Positions 12,562 to 25,633 of a stretch of DNA of 64,000 nt are shown here, in pieces. Position numbers and translations under genes: made by a program. The notes under the pieces are model-generated. The model was not told where the DNA came from, did no database searches, and saw only the letters and a list, made by a program, of their open reading frames with translations. Origin of the DNA: Podospora anserina (taxonomy: Eukaryota); assembly GCA_017654855.1 (NCBI GenBank), contig CM030334.1, forward strand, positions 2,356,001 through 2,420,000, read 5' to 3'. Position 1 is the first letter of the stretch. Every line of letters begins with the position of its first letter.

Positions 12562-14339
12562 ATGATGGCTTCAATACGGACTCTCCTCCTCGCCTCCCTC
12601 TCGTTGGCAACCGTCAGCGCTCAGGATGCAAGGATATCTTGGATCGAAAATGCCCCGGCGTGGCAGGAAGAATCACTGATGCATCTCCAAATCAGCCCAC
12701 CCGAGAGCTCGATTCTGCAGCTGACATTTGATGTCTACCCGTTGACCCGCGCGGTCGGGTTGAACGAGAGCACAGAAGTCAGAGACGTGAGCGCGCCAGA
12801 TACAGTGGTAACCTGAAAGTGCTCTTGTGCTAACGTTGCACAGGACTATCGAATCCAAGGCTTTTTAACCTACGCCGATGATCTCGAAGCCATGAACAAC
12901 CAGTCGATTGCCCTGGTCAGCTGCGACTCCAACAGCTCGACGAGCCTCGTGGGCGAGCTCATCACGACTGCCAAGCCGAGGGCGATATTGCTTTACAGCA
13001 TCAAGGGGAACTGCTGCGCGCTGCAGGGTTCCTATCAGGGCTTGGAAGGGACGCCTTACGATACATTGTTCACCATGGCGAACCAGGAGGAATCCATTGC
13101 TGCCATGAACAGCACACGCTTGGCCGGGGCGTCGGCTGCTGCCACCATCACTGGCGGCATCACTGCTGCCGGCCCAGAAACGAGTGCCCAAGTACCGCAC
13201 AATGGGAACAATTCGGCGGTGGCGATGAGCATCCTGTATAGCATCACAGGTCTCATCACGCTCCTCTTTCTCGTTATCATTGCGACGGGCGCTATCAGGG
13301 CACATCGATATCCGGAACGATATGGGCCGCGATCGGGTTACGGCGGAAGGCCCCGACAAAGTAGGGCAAAGGGGCTGGCGCGTGCGGTGTTGGAGACGCT
13401 TCCCATTGTCAAGTTTGGGGATCCGGCACCGGCAAAACCTGATCCAGCCCTCGAGCTCGAGTCCCAAACATCTCGATCATCATCCGAGCCGGGGATAGGG
13501 ACCAGATTATCAGCCATCCCAGAGGAGCCCAAGACGCCCAGGACACCCAAAACACCCAAAACACCCAAAACGCCAGCAAAGCGGCAAAATGAAGGTCTGG
13601 GGACAGTCTTGGAGTCTGAAGATGACGACCAGCCAGCCGTAAACCCAACAATTGCTGCCCCCAAAGACGCCAATGGTGGCGAGAATGGGACCAAGGACGG
13701 CAAGCGGATATCAGAGGAGCACCTCGGATGCTCAATCTGCACCGAGGACTTTCTTGTGGGGGAGGACGTACGAGTGCTACCTTGTGACCACCAATTTCAC
13801 CCGCCGTGTATCGACCCGTGGTTGATCAACGTATCCGGGACTTGTCCACTGTGGTAAGCGTACTGCTCAATTCGTTTTATTTACCAAACACTAACCTCCA
13901 CAGCCGTCTCGACCTCCGACCCCACGACGAGCAAAACCCAGAAGACCCCCATCACCTCGCACCACCCTTGGCCGGCGAATGGAATGAGAATAACGCTCAA
14001 ACGACACAGCAACAACGCCGGAAATCACTACGGTTCCTCGACCTGCACCGCCTCCGGCACGCCTCGGTTGAGGAACGGATTGAAATCTTGAGAAGACACC
14101 GATCACAGCAGCAGTTGAGAGAGTCTCAACCACCGCAGTCGTCTTCGTCGGGGTCGACGACGGCAGATTCGGAGGAGCATCACAGCCGACGGGCGAGCTT
14201 GGCGGATAGGCTGAGGGATAAGTTTAGGGTTCATACCACCACGAGGCAGGATGGTGGTGATGGGGAGATGACAAGGACGACGACGACGACGACGACAACA
14301 ACGGCAAGGGAGGCTGGACCACCACCGGCCTCGACATAA
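12562..14339 (+). CDS. Signal peptide + transmembrane RING-H2 E3 ubiquitin ligase (PA-TM-RING-like)
   Basis: Signal peptide; TM ILYSITGLITLLFLVIIATGAI; RING-H2 CSICTEDF..LPCDHQFHPPCIDPWL..CPL|C; introns 12787..12843 and 13854..13903. Confidence 0.9.
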
Positions 14340-17300
14340 CTACGACAACACACACGACAGGAGCAACATTCTCCACTTATAATGACCGGAGCTTAATGGC
14401 AAAAGAATGACATAATTCGCCGAGTATACGACAGGACGGATAATAAGTAATGTTTTGGATAACTATGGGAGACTCTTTGATAGAGAACACCAACAAGGCA
14501 AACGCGATGGGGGTTTAATATTCTTTTTTTAGCGACAATCTTGGGAATACCACGGGCATTTTGGGACAGGAAAGGGGCCGGTATCTGGACAAAACTCAAA
14601 TTGGTCAGGAGGACAAGGACAGGACTGGATCGGTTAGACAATTTGGCGTTCTTTTGCGTGATGGTTTTGCGGTGATATCATTGCATTTGGCGTTTTTTTT
14701 CTTTTTCTTTTTTTTTCTTTTTTTTTTTTTGGTTTCATGAAGGGGGAGGATTTGGGACTGAAGAATGATATAGTTGGCCAATATGAAATGTTTGGAAGGA
14801 AACAGGAATGAACATGAACATGGATGAAGTCGACGCAGGGGCAGAAGAACGAATTCGAAGGGAAGAGACTACCGGCTGAGATGGCAGCAGCCGGCCAACT
14901 CCCAAGAAATATAGTGCGATCTGATAGATGAGAATAAGTTTTGCGTTTTCGAGTGCGGAAAGTAGCTGAGAAAGAAATATAATGGTTACCAGACAAAACT
15001 ATACTAGGCAAAACATGATCAGATGTGTCTTGATACAAAAGGCATCCAGTCTTTCTCATCAGCCGTTTCACGTGTTGATTATTATCTTTTTTTATTCTCA
15101 AGAAACGACCCCCGACAGAAGAAGCCCATCAGTCGTGTGACCTGCCCTTTTTGAGCAGGGCTTGTTTTCGAGATATTTATGGAAGGTCTGGCAAGTTTGT
15201 GAGACTTGGGTTGTTGATGGGGTTATGCAAGGGACAGGGGCCATGTATCTTATTGTTCTCCTCTATTTAACAAGGGCATTTGTCGATAGGAATGACCGAG
15301 GCCGTTGAATTCGACCTGAGAATAATAAGGTGAGTGAGGGTGAAGCTGGGAGTGGATTATGTAAGGCGTCACTTTCCGAACTCCGAAGACAAGGGAGCAC
15401 GGGCCCCTGGATTGATCGCCGCAGGGATTGGTTGGTTAGCACTTTGGCCAGGTCGAGGTGGGAACCGGGGTTGAGAGGGGGACGCTAGGCTTGTTTGGGA
15501 CTTACACAGGTATTCAACCCTTACGACCCTGTTGGGAGTGAGGTGTTGAAGGGTGAGATGATGTAGCAGTTCCTGTTTGAGCTCATTCTCAAACAAACCT
15601 GACTGAGCGATGCTCAGGTTAACTCATGATCATTATGTCGCAGGGCTAGTCGAGGTGTCTGCATGAACTTTGGACTGAAGGCCAACAACTGTTGTGAGGC
15701 GTGAAGTTCATGAGCTAACAATGCTGCCCAACGAACGGTTCGAGTCCAGCTCGCCGGTTTGTGGACTGATGCTTATGTGAGGCTTAACATGAAACTACAT
15801 TAGCGTGGGCTTCTAGACTTGTTCAAACGGTTCAGAAGCGGGGGAAACGTCGAGTGTTGACGCCCCTTGTATGGCACACCATTGGAGTTAGCTTCTGTAG
15901 TTTGTTTGAGCGGCATATGACCTGTCAACTAATTCGAGGACGGCGCTGGAAAGCATTCTCCTATCTCTGAGATTGATTGAATTTTTGCTGAGCTTTTGAA
16001 GGCTGAGAATCTCGGGCCAAATTGTCTCTCTTTTACGGATCTGGACAAGTAGGGAGGAGCACTGGAGTGATACGAGCCATCGGCCGCCGGCCAGGCTAGC
16101 CCTCTTGTTACCGTTGCACGGCAGTCTGGCTTTTGCTTTGATATGGAAGGCGAAGCAGGGAGTTTCCTTGAGAGAGCCGCGATCGTTGGGTTGTGAAAGG
16201 TAAGCCCCGTCGTCGGAGGGTCGGGTTGAGATCGGGCATGTCTTGAACGGGAGGAAGAGGTAAGAAGGGGTAAATACGGCCGATGAGGTCGACTGAGAAG
16301 ACAACAGAAGGAACATGAAATATGGTGGGAAAGAGCCACCCATTATCAACAAATTATCAGTGCCATGCTCCACTCTGAGCAAGTCATCTCTCCCTCTACA
16401 ACATTCTCTTCAATATTGGGCCAAGCTCGGGACCGATGCGGTGGCACTTTCTATACATACATGATCCCCTGCAGCAAGCATGCATTCCCACATCCAAACA
16501 GGATCATGTTCGCTGACAGCACGAAATCGTCCGCGGCCTTGGTGAGTTGAACACTTGTGAATGGTCCAAGCTAGGGCTACACCAGATCTCGTCGGAATTG
16601 CTTCTGTTGCCACCTGCCATTTATAACCATGTCACTCCGATCTGTAATTTTTTTTGAGCTCCGAAAAGCGTGGATTCATTGTTCTGATGCATCTCATTGT
16701 TTCTCAGGCCAGGTCAACACGGGCAGATGCCGGCTTACCAACACTAGATGGCTGAAAGCAACGGTTGTACTGCAGCACCAGTGGCGCATCAGCTCTTGTT
16801 CTTTTTCCAGGGTTGTTTCTTCTTCTCACGATGCTCTGGGCACTGCCTGAGTGTCTTGGATCAGACCTACCTTACCGAGACAAGCACTCCAGCACCTGAG
16901 CTGAGAAACACCCAAGACGCTGTTTCCGACCCGTGGGTTCTGATGAACAGCAAGGGGGCCCCCATCGATTCAGTCGGGATTGTTCTTTCCCCCCCCCCCC
17001 TTCCCTCTTACCGTTCCTATTTTACAGTCGGTTCTTCCGCCTTGCCACGATGTGGCGGCCACTTTCCAGGAAAGGAACTCCCACGAGCTATTCGTCATGG
17101 CAGCGCGCAAACGTTAGCATTTTCACCTCACACCTGGGTCTTGGCTGTCTCTCTATTCTAACTGTTCAGCTACCCTTCTCCCCAGCTGATATCTCTCATC
17201 TTGCCCCTATTATCCTAGCAACTCACCTATACACGATTACCGTTTCGCGCATAGATGGGTAGATATCAGCCCCTCTCGTCTTGGCTCACCTAGCTACCTA

Positions 17301-17404
17301 CCTTCTCGATCTACCCAATATCCAACCACCTTTTATTTTACTACGAGAACACGACCTTGCTTTGATGGATTGTCACAACCGCCAAAATTCCTGGCGACGA
17401 AACA

Positions 17405-19539
17405 ATGGCTCCCCCGATATGGCTCGTCTTGCGAGGCATCAAGGAAGGGAGCGAGACCTCGTCCTCGGCGGCGGCGGAGAGAAGGAACCCTTCGTACAGC
17501 GAGCCGTTGGTTGGCATGGTCATAAGTGTCATCCTGGCCATGGTCTCGCTAGTTATTATCTCCTCGTTTCTGAGTATGTCCCTTCTTTTTCTGCCGAGCT
17601 GTCTTTGCTGACGGATTGACAGCCCAAAGGTATCTGGCGGTTAAGCTCTGGAGCAGACTCCCTTTTGTTCAATACTGTAGGTGGCCTTCCGTATGTCATC
17701 GTGGTGGCGGAGGAGCAGGATCACCGGCTAACGGGAAACAGTGGTGTTCGCTATCTATGCTGATTCCTTTCTGTTTGTGTTTGCTACTGGCATACTCCAG
17801 TTTGGTTTTGGTGTGGGATACTCGGTATCAGTGTGCGAATCAGCCATTCTATTGTGTCTGGCTTGCTATGTAACGACAAAGGTATGCTATTCGGCGGGCT
17901 CGTAAGGCTCTCTCGACGAGTGTGCTAATCCTGAATGAGTAGATTGTATGTGCTTGGCTCAGCTCATGTCTTGTATATTTGCTGACAGGACCTAGCTTAT
18001 CTACATGTTTCTGGTCGAAAAAGCCGTAAGACACTGCGGTCGCCATTGACGATTTCCCACTGACACGAGATAGTTCATCATACGATCAGGCTCCAAGAGA
18101 AGGCGCATGACGTCGAAGCTCTATCTGTTCAACTCGTTCGGCATGATCGGTATGTTCTCGGAGGCCTTGACCGTGTTTATGGGAGCGGTCACTGACAACA
18201 GGGAACCCCAGGGGTTTATTGCGTTGTTGTCGTTATGAACTTCATCTAGTATTGCACCCCCTGTTGTCGATCTCAGCTTCCACGGCTAACCGACATCTCC
18301 AGTCGCATCACGAGGGTGGAAAACGGCCAATGCATAATAGGCATGAGGAAGGAAGCCATGATCCCTCTGATAAGCTTCGATCTGCTCGTCAATGTGAGCC
18401 CGTTCAGTTCTTCTCTGTTTCCCGTTTGGATCCAAGGCTCGAACAGTTGCTAACAGTTCAATCATCAGATATATCTTACCTTGGTATTCTTAATACCATT
18501 ATCCAGTACACCGCTCTTCCTTCTCTCTGGTTCATTTCCGCCTTACTGACCTGGAATCATAGGAACGTACACGTGGAAGAACTTTGTCCACACACCTGGC
18601 AGTCGACGTCTCCGAACCGTGGCCATGAGAACTTTTGTGGGTTGTGTCTGCACATTGACCAGCAGCGTGGTGTAGGTTTCCCTTCACGCACTGACGGCAG
18701 TGACCTCTAACAAGTGCCACAGGAACCTATCCGTGCTTATGGCTCTCGATGGCGAGCCAGGCTGGGTGTGCCTGATGTGTTGTAATAGTGATATCCTCTT
18801 CAGTGCAATTGTCATCCAATGGGTCACCTCCCGCGACAGCACTAGCTCGGCGGCCTCTACTGATTCTGTCAGCGGAGGAGCATCTCGACCACGAAGTCAG
18901 CACAACAACCACACTAGTCACGGGGGAGAGGAGTTGGCCGGTCTCGACAACAGCCATCACCGCTGCAACGTTAACAACCGGCAGAAGGATTCTCTCGAGG
19001 GGGATAAGAAACAACAAGCGAGAAACAAGTCGCTGAACAGAAAAGGCCTCGTGTCATCCACCGATGCCATCGTTGCAGACGCTGCCGAGATGTCGATCAA
19101 CCACGCCGAGTTTGGAGGGGATGGGGATGTCTCGCCGCGAAGTACAGAGGTCAACACGGTGTGTTATGATGATGGTAGGGACAAGGAAACCAACAGGAGG
19201 CCGTACACGAGCGGTTCGCTGACCAGAACGACGACAACCACGACGACGAACAACCCGCACGACGACGATGGCGCTGCTGCTGGAAGGTTTCCCCGTCTGC
19301 CGCCGGCGCTGGCAACATCAACCGTCCGGCACCACACCTCAGAAGTTAGAGTCGACGTTGATTACGGCGCGACGAGTCTGAGTAGCCGCGAGATTGCCGA
19401 TGGGGAAGAGGCTAGGTTGGGGAACAGCATTGTGATTGGGTCTGGGACGAGCGTGTGCGGTGTGACGGATGTCACTGGGGGCGGGAGGTGGACAAAACAA
19501 CCGCCGGCTTGGAGTCCGGGAACGGGGCCGGGGCTTTAG
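17405..19539 (+). CDS. Multi-pass (about 7 TM) membrane protein of unknown function, about 10 introns
   Basis: Hand-spliced GT-AG introns (e.g. 17574..17622, 17677..17741, 17882..17942, 17946..17995) give a continuous hydrophobic ORF (..YVTTK|I|LIYMFLVEKA..GEPGWVCLMCCNSDILFSAIVIQWVT) and a long hydrophilic tail. Confidence 0.8.
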
Positions 19540-19742
19540 TGGGGTTCGAACTGGAGTTGTGGTGAACACCGGGATCAGTGCCAAAGGAGAAGCACGGTGA
19601 GCTATCCGATCCTTGGGGTGTTGAGGGAACATGTCGTTGAGGGAAGGGGGTGGAGGGATTGGAGGAGAAGGACTGCTGAGGAGGAGGGGTCGGAGAAGGA
19701 GAAGAGGGGTGAGAAGTGCGGGAAGAGTTGGGGTTGAGAGGA

Positions 19743-19772
19743 GAAGAAGAAGAAGAAGAAGAAGAAGAAGAA
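19743..19772. repeat. (GAA)n microsatellite
   Basis: About 10 tandem GAA units. Confidence 0.9.
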
Positions 19773-21249
19773 CAGGTGGGCGGGTAGGTAAGCAAAAGAG
19801 GAGTTTTTGCTTTGGTGTGTTTCACTTGTTTCGCACCCTAGGACTCAGGTTGGTTTGGATACCTTTTTGTTTGGGGGTTGATTTTTCGATGGTAGGATAC
19901 ATGACCTACTTGCATAATGAACATTGATTATGGCTCCTCTGGGGACCTGATGCTATGTGGCATGGAAGTCTCGACTGAGTGGCTATGATGAGATACAAAA
20001 CTGATGGCAGAAAGACTTTGCCTGAGATAAGCGCGCCTGACCGTAGGTAGCCATGGGGGTCGAGTTTCAATTATGATGACAGTGTTCTAACCATCTGAAA
20101 AGTCGCAGCCAAGAGGGGAGACAGAAGAAGTGAAGTAAACAAACAACAGTGAGCATAAAAGTCAAAAAGCTCACCGGCCAACCTCTGGTAGGGTGGCCGG
20201 TTACGTAAACCCTTCAGGGAGTTTTACCTAGGAATTGAACTCGGGGGCTATCAGCAACTTCCGAGATCCTTTACCATTTGACTTGACCACAAGTGTTGTT
20301 GGCATCCTGGTAAGGATTTTGGGAGCTGCTGTTGGGAGGTGGGTTGTGGAGGGGGAGGCGATTATCAAGGTTGCTTGTTCCCTCCTTTTTTGATTGGTGA
20401 GGTGGATTGTTGGAAGGCACGCTGTTGGGAAGGTGCAGGTAGGCAATGGGATAAGGAGAAGGAGAGGTAGGTTGAGTAAACAAGTGAAGGGTTGCTCAAC
20501 AACAGAGGTCTTCTCTTTGTTTGTGGGTTGTGAGTCTTTGTTGTGGTGTGTTATATAAATGGAGAGCCTTTTTTGCAGCATTGTCTGTTGGAAGGGCAGA
20601 TAAGTAACTGTGATGTGCATGTAGTTTATATATTGGTACCTATTGTTACGCTATCATCCTTGCAGACTCTTCCAAACAACCATCTCTCTCGTAGATTCAT
20701 TATCTGTTTCTCAGAGTGTTTGACGCAGCATTCCTCTCATACGTGGTATCCTTCCCCAACTACACAGCACGGCAAGGTACACTTAGGTGATGTTTGTATG
20801 GCAACCAAAAAGAGAGAAATGCTTTCTGCCGCGTTATGCGACTCTATTTATTTCGTAATGGTATCTGTATCCCCTCCCCTCCCCTTCCTATGTTGCCCAA
20901 CCCTCCCTTCCTAAAATATACAATCTTTAAATATCCCTCCCTCTTGTTCATGTAGTGGTAATAGTGGTATCCAATCTTTCCCTTGATGTATAAAAAAAAC
21001 GCCCAAAAAAATTCCAAAATGTTGTATGTGTGTCATGCCCCCCTTCCCTTATGAATTTCGTGGGGTGTTGTTTAAAGTTCATCTTTCTTTTCGTAAAAGC
21101 CGTCATCAAGTTCGTTCGTTTCGTTATAGTAAAAAAATCCAAAAAAATAAAAAAAATTATTGTCGTCCCTCCTTCTTCGCCGCAACCATCGCCCTCTCCT
21201 TCTCAACCAAAACCCACTGCTCCCGTATCTTTTCCCTCCGACCTTCTAG

Positions 21250-22941
21250 TCACAAGTCCTTTTCGTGAACCTTCACCCGTCCGTTCAGAGCAGTGCCCTT
21301 GGCTCCCACCCTCGACACCAACCTACGACGGGTCGTGGTGAGGCCACCAGCAATCTTGTCAATGACGGCAAGGAAAAGGACCTGGACGAGCCAGATGAGG
21401 AACCGGATGACGTAGTCCCAGAGCGAGTACCTCGGCCTTCCCCCCCTGGCGAGGGTGGACTCCTCGAACTCAAAGGGGATGTTCGCGCCGAGGTGCTCGA
21501 CGGCCACGCGGAGGCCGGAGCTGAAGCCATCTTCGTGGGTGCCTTGTCTCGTCCAGGCTCCCGCATAAGAAATCCCGCGCGTGTTTTGGATCTCGGGGAG
21601 GCGTTCCTGGGCCGCGAGGACGGACTTGTTGAAGATTGTGTGCCGGTATGTGTACCTCCCCTGGATGGTCTTCGGGTCCGGCTTGTGCAGCGGGTTGAGG
21701 GTGACGAGGACGTCCCCAAAAGCCGCGCGGGGGATTTCCTGGAGGATGTTCATGTTGTATGTGAGGCAGACCTGGTCAATGTGGCCCGAGCCGGTCATGG
21801 GGGAGGACCGGGAAAGGTAGTTGAATGATGTCCAGGCTTCGTACCGCTCTGGCATGAGGGAGAGGTCAGAATGCAAAAAGACCTCGTTCGTGGAGGTCTG
21901 GAAGGATCGCAGAATGGAATCCTCTGCTTCGGTTGCCGAGTCCCGGATGATGGAGAGGGCTTGGTCGCCGTGGGTGGCGAGGATGACATGGTCGAATACC
22001 TCCGACTTGCCGCCGGTTGGATGGAGGGTGTGAAGTCTCAACCTGCCGTCCCGCTCAGGGGTGATGGAGATGACCTTGCTGTTGAGGCGGACGTGGTTGG
22101 ATGGGAAGCCCTTCATGACGGCGTCGATGTAGGACTTTGAACCGCTGTTGAGGGTGAGCCATTGTGGGTTCTTGGAGGTTGAGGCGAGGAAGTGGTGGTT
22201 CCACCTGAGTGAGGTCAGTCAACAAATTCGAGTGATGATGAGTCTCAAGGACACAGCTTACATGAAGCGAATGAGTGTGGCGACGGGGAAGTCGAGTGCG
22301 CATTTCTCCGGGCTGGTGTTCCAGAGACTCGCCGTGATGGGGGTGAGATAGTCATCCTTGAACTTGGTTGAGTAGCCCTCCCTCTCGAGGTACTCCCCAA
22401 TGGTCTCCTCAGTTGGCTTCTCGGCGCGCAAGACGTCCAGTGCAAACTTGTCGAAGCGCCAAATGTCAAAGACCAATCTCCACATTCTAGGTGAGAAGTA
22501 GTTGCTTCGCTGGCAGAAGAACGCATCTCTGTTCAGGCTGGCCCACTCGAAGCGCCCTTGGTCTCGTGACACCGAGAAGGACATCTCAGTGGGCGCGGTT
22601 TCCACCTTCATCCTCCTAAGAAAGTTCAAAAAGTTCGCTGTCCATGCATTAGCGCGGTTCACTTACAAACGACCCTAAGCAAAAGGAAACAGGGGTGGAT
22701 GAGGAGCCTCCTTACGGTATGTGGCTTCATTCATGACCATAAACCCAGCATCGACCAAAGTCTTGTACTTTCCCCTCGTGAACTCCACCGTGTTAGCATG
22801 ACCGCCCAGGCGGTCAGCGGCCTCGAAGATGTACACATCATGAGGGCTCCGGTTCAACGCCCACAGCGCACCGATGCCCGCTACACCACTGCCCACCACG
22901 GCCACCTTCTTACGCGGATGGGGGTTCCCTCGTTGAATCAT
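21250..22941 (-). CDS. FAD/NAD(P)-binding amine-oxidase-family protein (COG2907-like)
   Basis: Rossmann motif KVAVVGSGVAG..FEAADRLGGHANT; FDHVILATH; C-terminal YAGAW..HEDG; introns 22715..22638 and 22261..22205. Confidence 0.88.
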
Positions 22942-25633
22942 GAGGAAGTAGAGTGCCTGAAACGGCTGAACAAAAGAGGGACGACGAAAGAACGAGGACG
23001 ATGAAGAAGAAGACTGACGGGGAGCGTCGGTCATGGGGCAGTTACAACCTTGGGGTGAACAAGGGTGGGAACAGAAGAGAATGCTGCAAGCATGGGAAGA
23101 GAACGCGAAGAAAGATTCCAAGGAGTGGGGCAACGAGACGTATTAAAAGACTTTGCTGTTTTCTGCCACATGCATATGATGTTGGAGTTGGGGGATTGCT
23201 CAAGGGTGGACACACCGCAGTTCCGGGCGTCAAATGGGAGGCCCAGGAGAGGTGTAACATGCATTGGTGCCAGTGTAGCTGGCATCGCCGTGTCCACTCA
23301 CCCTCGTTCCCGGCCAGGGGGGACACGCGGTTGATCGTCAAAATCTCAAAAGAGAAGCCTGTTTGTTTCAAGGCCTGATCAAGCGCCAGCCCAAAACCAT
23401 CTTTGTAATGGATGTCTTGGGCAGCCGACCAGGGCTTTTCGAGCTTCGAGAGGCACGACATTTGTGCAGGCACGCATGGCCGGCCAGACCGATCCGATCC
23501 GTGTTACAAGGGTCGATTTTGCATCTTTCGGCATGTTCAATTCTTGATGCTCCAGGCCGATAATGCACTTAGCATTCAAGTTTTTTTTCTTTCTTGCTGC
23601 TGAAAAGCATGGCAGCGGCAGTGAACAGGGGAAAATTCGAATAGCGGTGGCTGGCAGAATGGATTCTCGTATGTCAGCTCCGAGGTCAACTCAGCTTCGA
23701 GGTGGCAGGTATCTGAGTTCAGTCTCAGCTTCAACTCATGTGTCCACTTTGACGACCCTCCAAAGATGACTCCATTCAGGAGTTTTTCCCGTCCCCCTTC
23801 ATCTCATCCCATGAACAAACAGGGGAAGAAGACACGAGAAAATGGATTTCTCTCTTCCAAACTCGTCAGCGGTTGGCAGTCGCCGTTGAGTTTCATCGCC
23901 ATCTTGTTATGCAGCAGCCAGGGCGGGCAGTGGGCCAATTGCTATCAACCACAACAGCAGCCCAGCCCCATCAGGCCCTGGCGGTGGATTCGGCCAGCGC
24001 AGCAGGTTGCAACACAGCTGATTTTCCGGCACTAGTGTCGGCCTGACATGTGGCGAGGCTGCATTTCCAAGGGAATTGGATTTATATATCAGCCATTAAT
24101 TGGACGAGGGGTTGGGTATCGAGATGTCTGCAGGCCGTCACATGCTGACCTGCCTTGATTGACAATTTGATGACACTGAACTGACTTGAAGTTGGGTTAG
24201 GGTTATGACTCTCACCGCACGCAAAGCCACCTTTGCTCAAGCCACACCTCAGATGAAAAATTCTCTTCGACCGACGATGCAAACCGACAATATCGTCGTT
24301 CAACAAAGGACACATTTGACCATGGTCATGGAACCTCCCGAGTATCAAGTCCCGCAAACATCTAATCATCTCACAGCCATCACACAAAATCAGAACACGA
24401 TTTGAACCAAAAAAAAATGTCGAGGCCTAACGGGATCGCCCACTCATCGCACAGCTTTTACCCTGGGCTAGTAGCAATTCTTGAGACTCCTTCTTCTTCT
24501 GCCCGGCTTAAATCAACCCGGTGCACAGCTTCTCCAATCAGAATATGTCTCTCGAAAGAAACAAAATCCCAAAAGGAAAATTCGCACCGGGCCAGAGTTT
24601 CTGCGTTTCACCGGGGTCAACTTTCTGAAGAAGAAAAAGAGGAAAACAAGAGATAAAATTTTGGCGCGCGCGAAAACATTTTATACCACCACTGGAATTA
24701 GGGTGGGGCAGTGGTTGTTGGTCTGTGCGGGATGTTTGGTGGGGCAGAAGGAAGGGGTGAGGGTTGGGGTTTGTGATGGCTTTAAGATTGACTTCGAACC
24801 ATCTGGTGATGTTTTCGAATAAAAGATGCGGCGACAACAGGAAGTTGGCAACCGGAGTCATGTGTAACTCGCAGGCATACTTTGTGCTACGAGCACACAT
24901 GCTCATATTCATGGCCAGCTCACGTTCTTAAGTTACGGACCCGCTGTTCCAGTTCTCGACAACATGACATAGGAACGAAAAGGGATCTGACTTTGTAATT
25001 GCAAGGTGGGAATTACAAATGTCTTGACGGAGAGATAGGTTCTTCATCATAAAGATATGGCCATGATCAACATGGAAGCATCATGACGTGTGGTGTACAA
25101 TGCCGGTGGTTCGTCATACTACTGGTTGGATATGATAGAAGGACGTGGTGATGGTCTCAACCTAGATGACCCTATTGTAACACTTTTGTATAAAGTCACC
25201 TCCATTCACAAACGCATCACATCCCATAAGTTCCACCACAAGGTATTTATATTTTTGTTTTTTTTTATTTCTCTCATTAAGGTATAAACGGTGTGAAGCA
25301 TCCAGAGAAAAATACGAGCCAGTCATATCAACAACAACGACCAGAAAAAAGAAGTACTAGGGGGTTGTAAAAAATAAAATAAAAAGAAACATGAAAAGAA
25401 AAAAAAAAAAAAGTCTACATCAGAAGCGTTGGTATCTCCCCTATCCTTCAACTTCGCCTTATTCATTGTCATAAACGCACTCGCCAAAAACACCTTGCCA
25501 CCCTTTTCCATGTGATTCTCCCCCAGAAAATATACAATGGGGTATCATCTCATCCTGGGGCCAATAAAAAAAAGCAAATGCCTTTTTTATTCTTCATGAC
25601 GCAGCAAAGAAAATATCAAAGAGTCTTCTTGAT

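Noticed and set aside
15735..15748. B-box-like GGTTCGAGTCC
   Set aside because: No A box, cloverleaf or acceptor stem, so not a tRNA; at most an isolated TFIIIC site
19984..20098. Possible C/D snoRNA (two ATGATGA and several CTGA)
   Set aside because: No recognisable rRNA guide and no clear terminal stem; a snoscan hit would be needed
22638..22715. Internal AG and GTAAGT suggesting a microexon or nested intron in oxidase intron 1
   Set aside because: Resulting introns (about 40 and 29 nt) are too short; the single 78-nt intron keeps the frame
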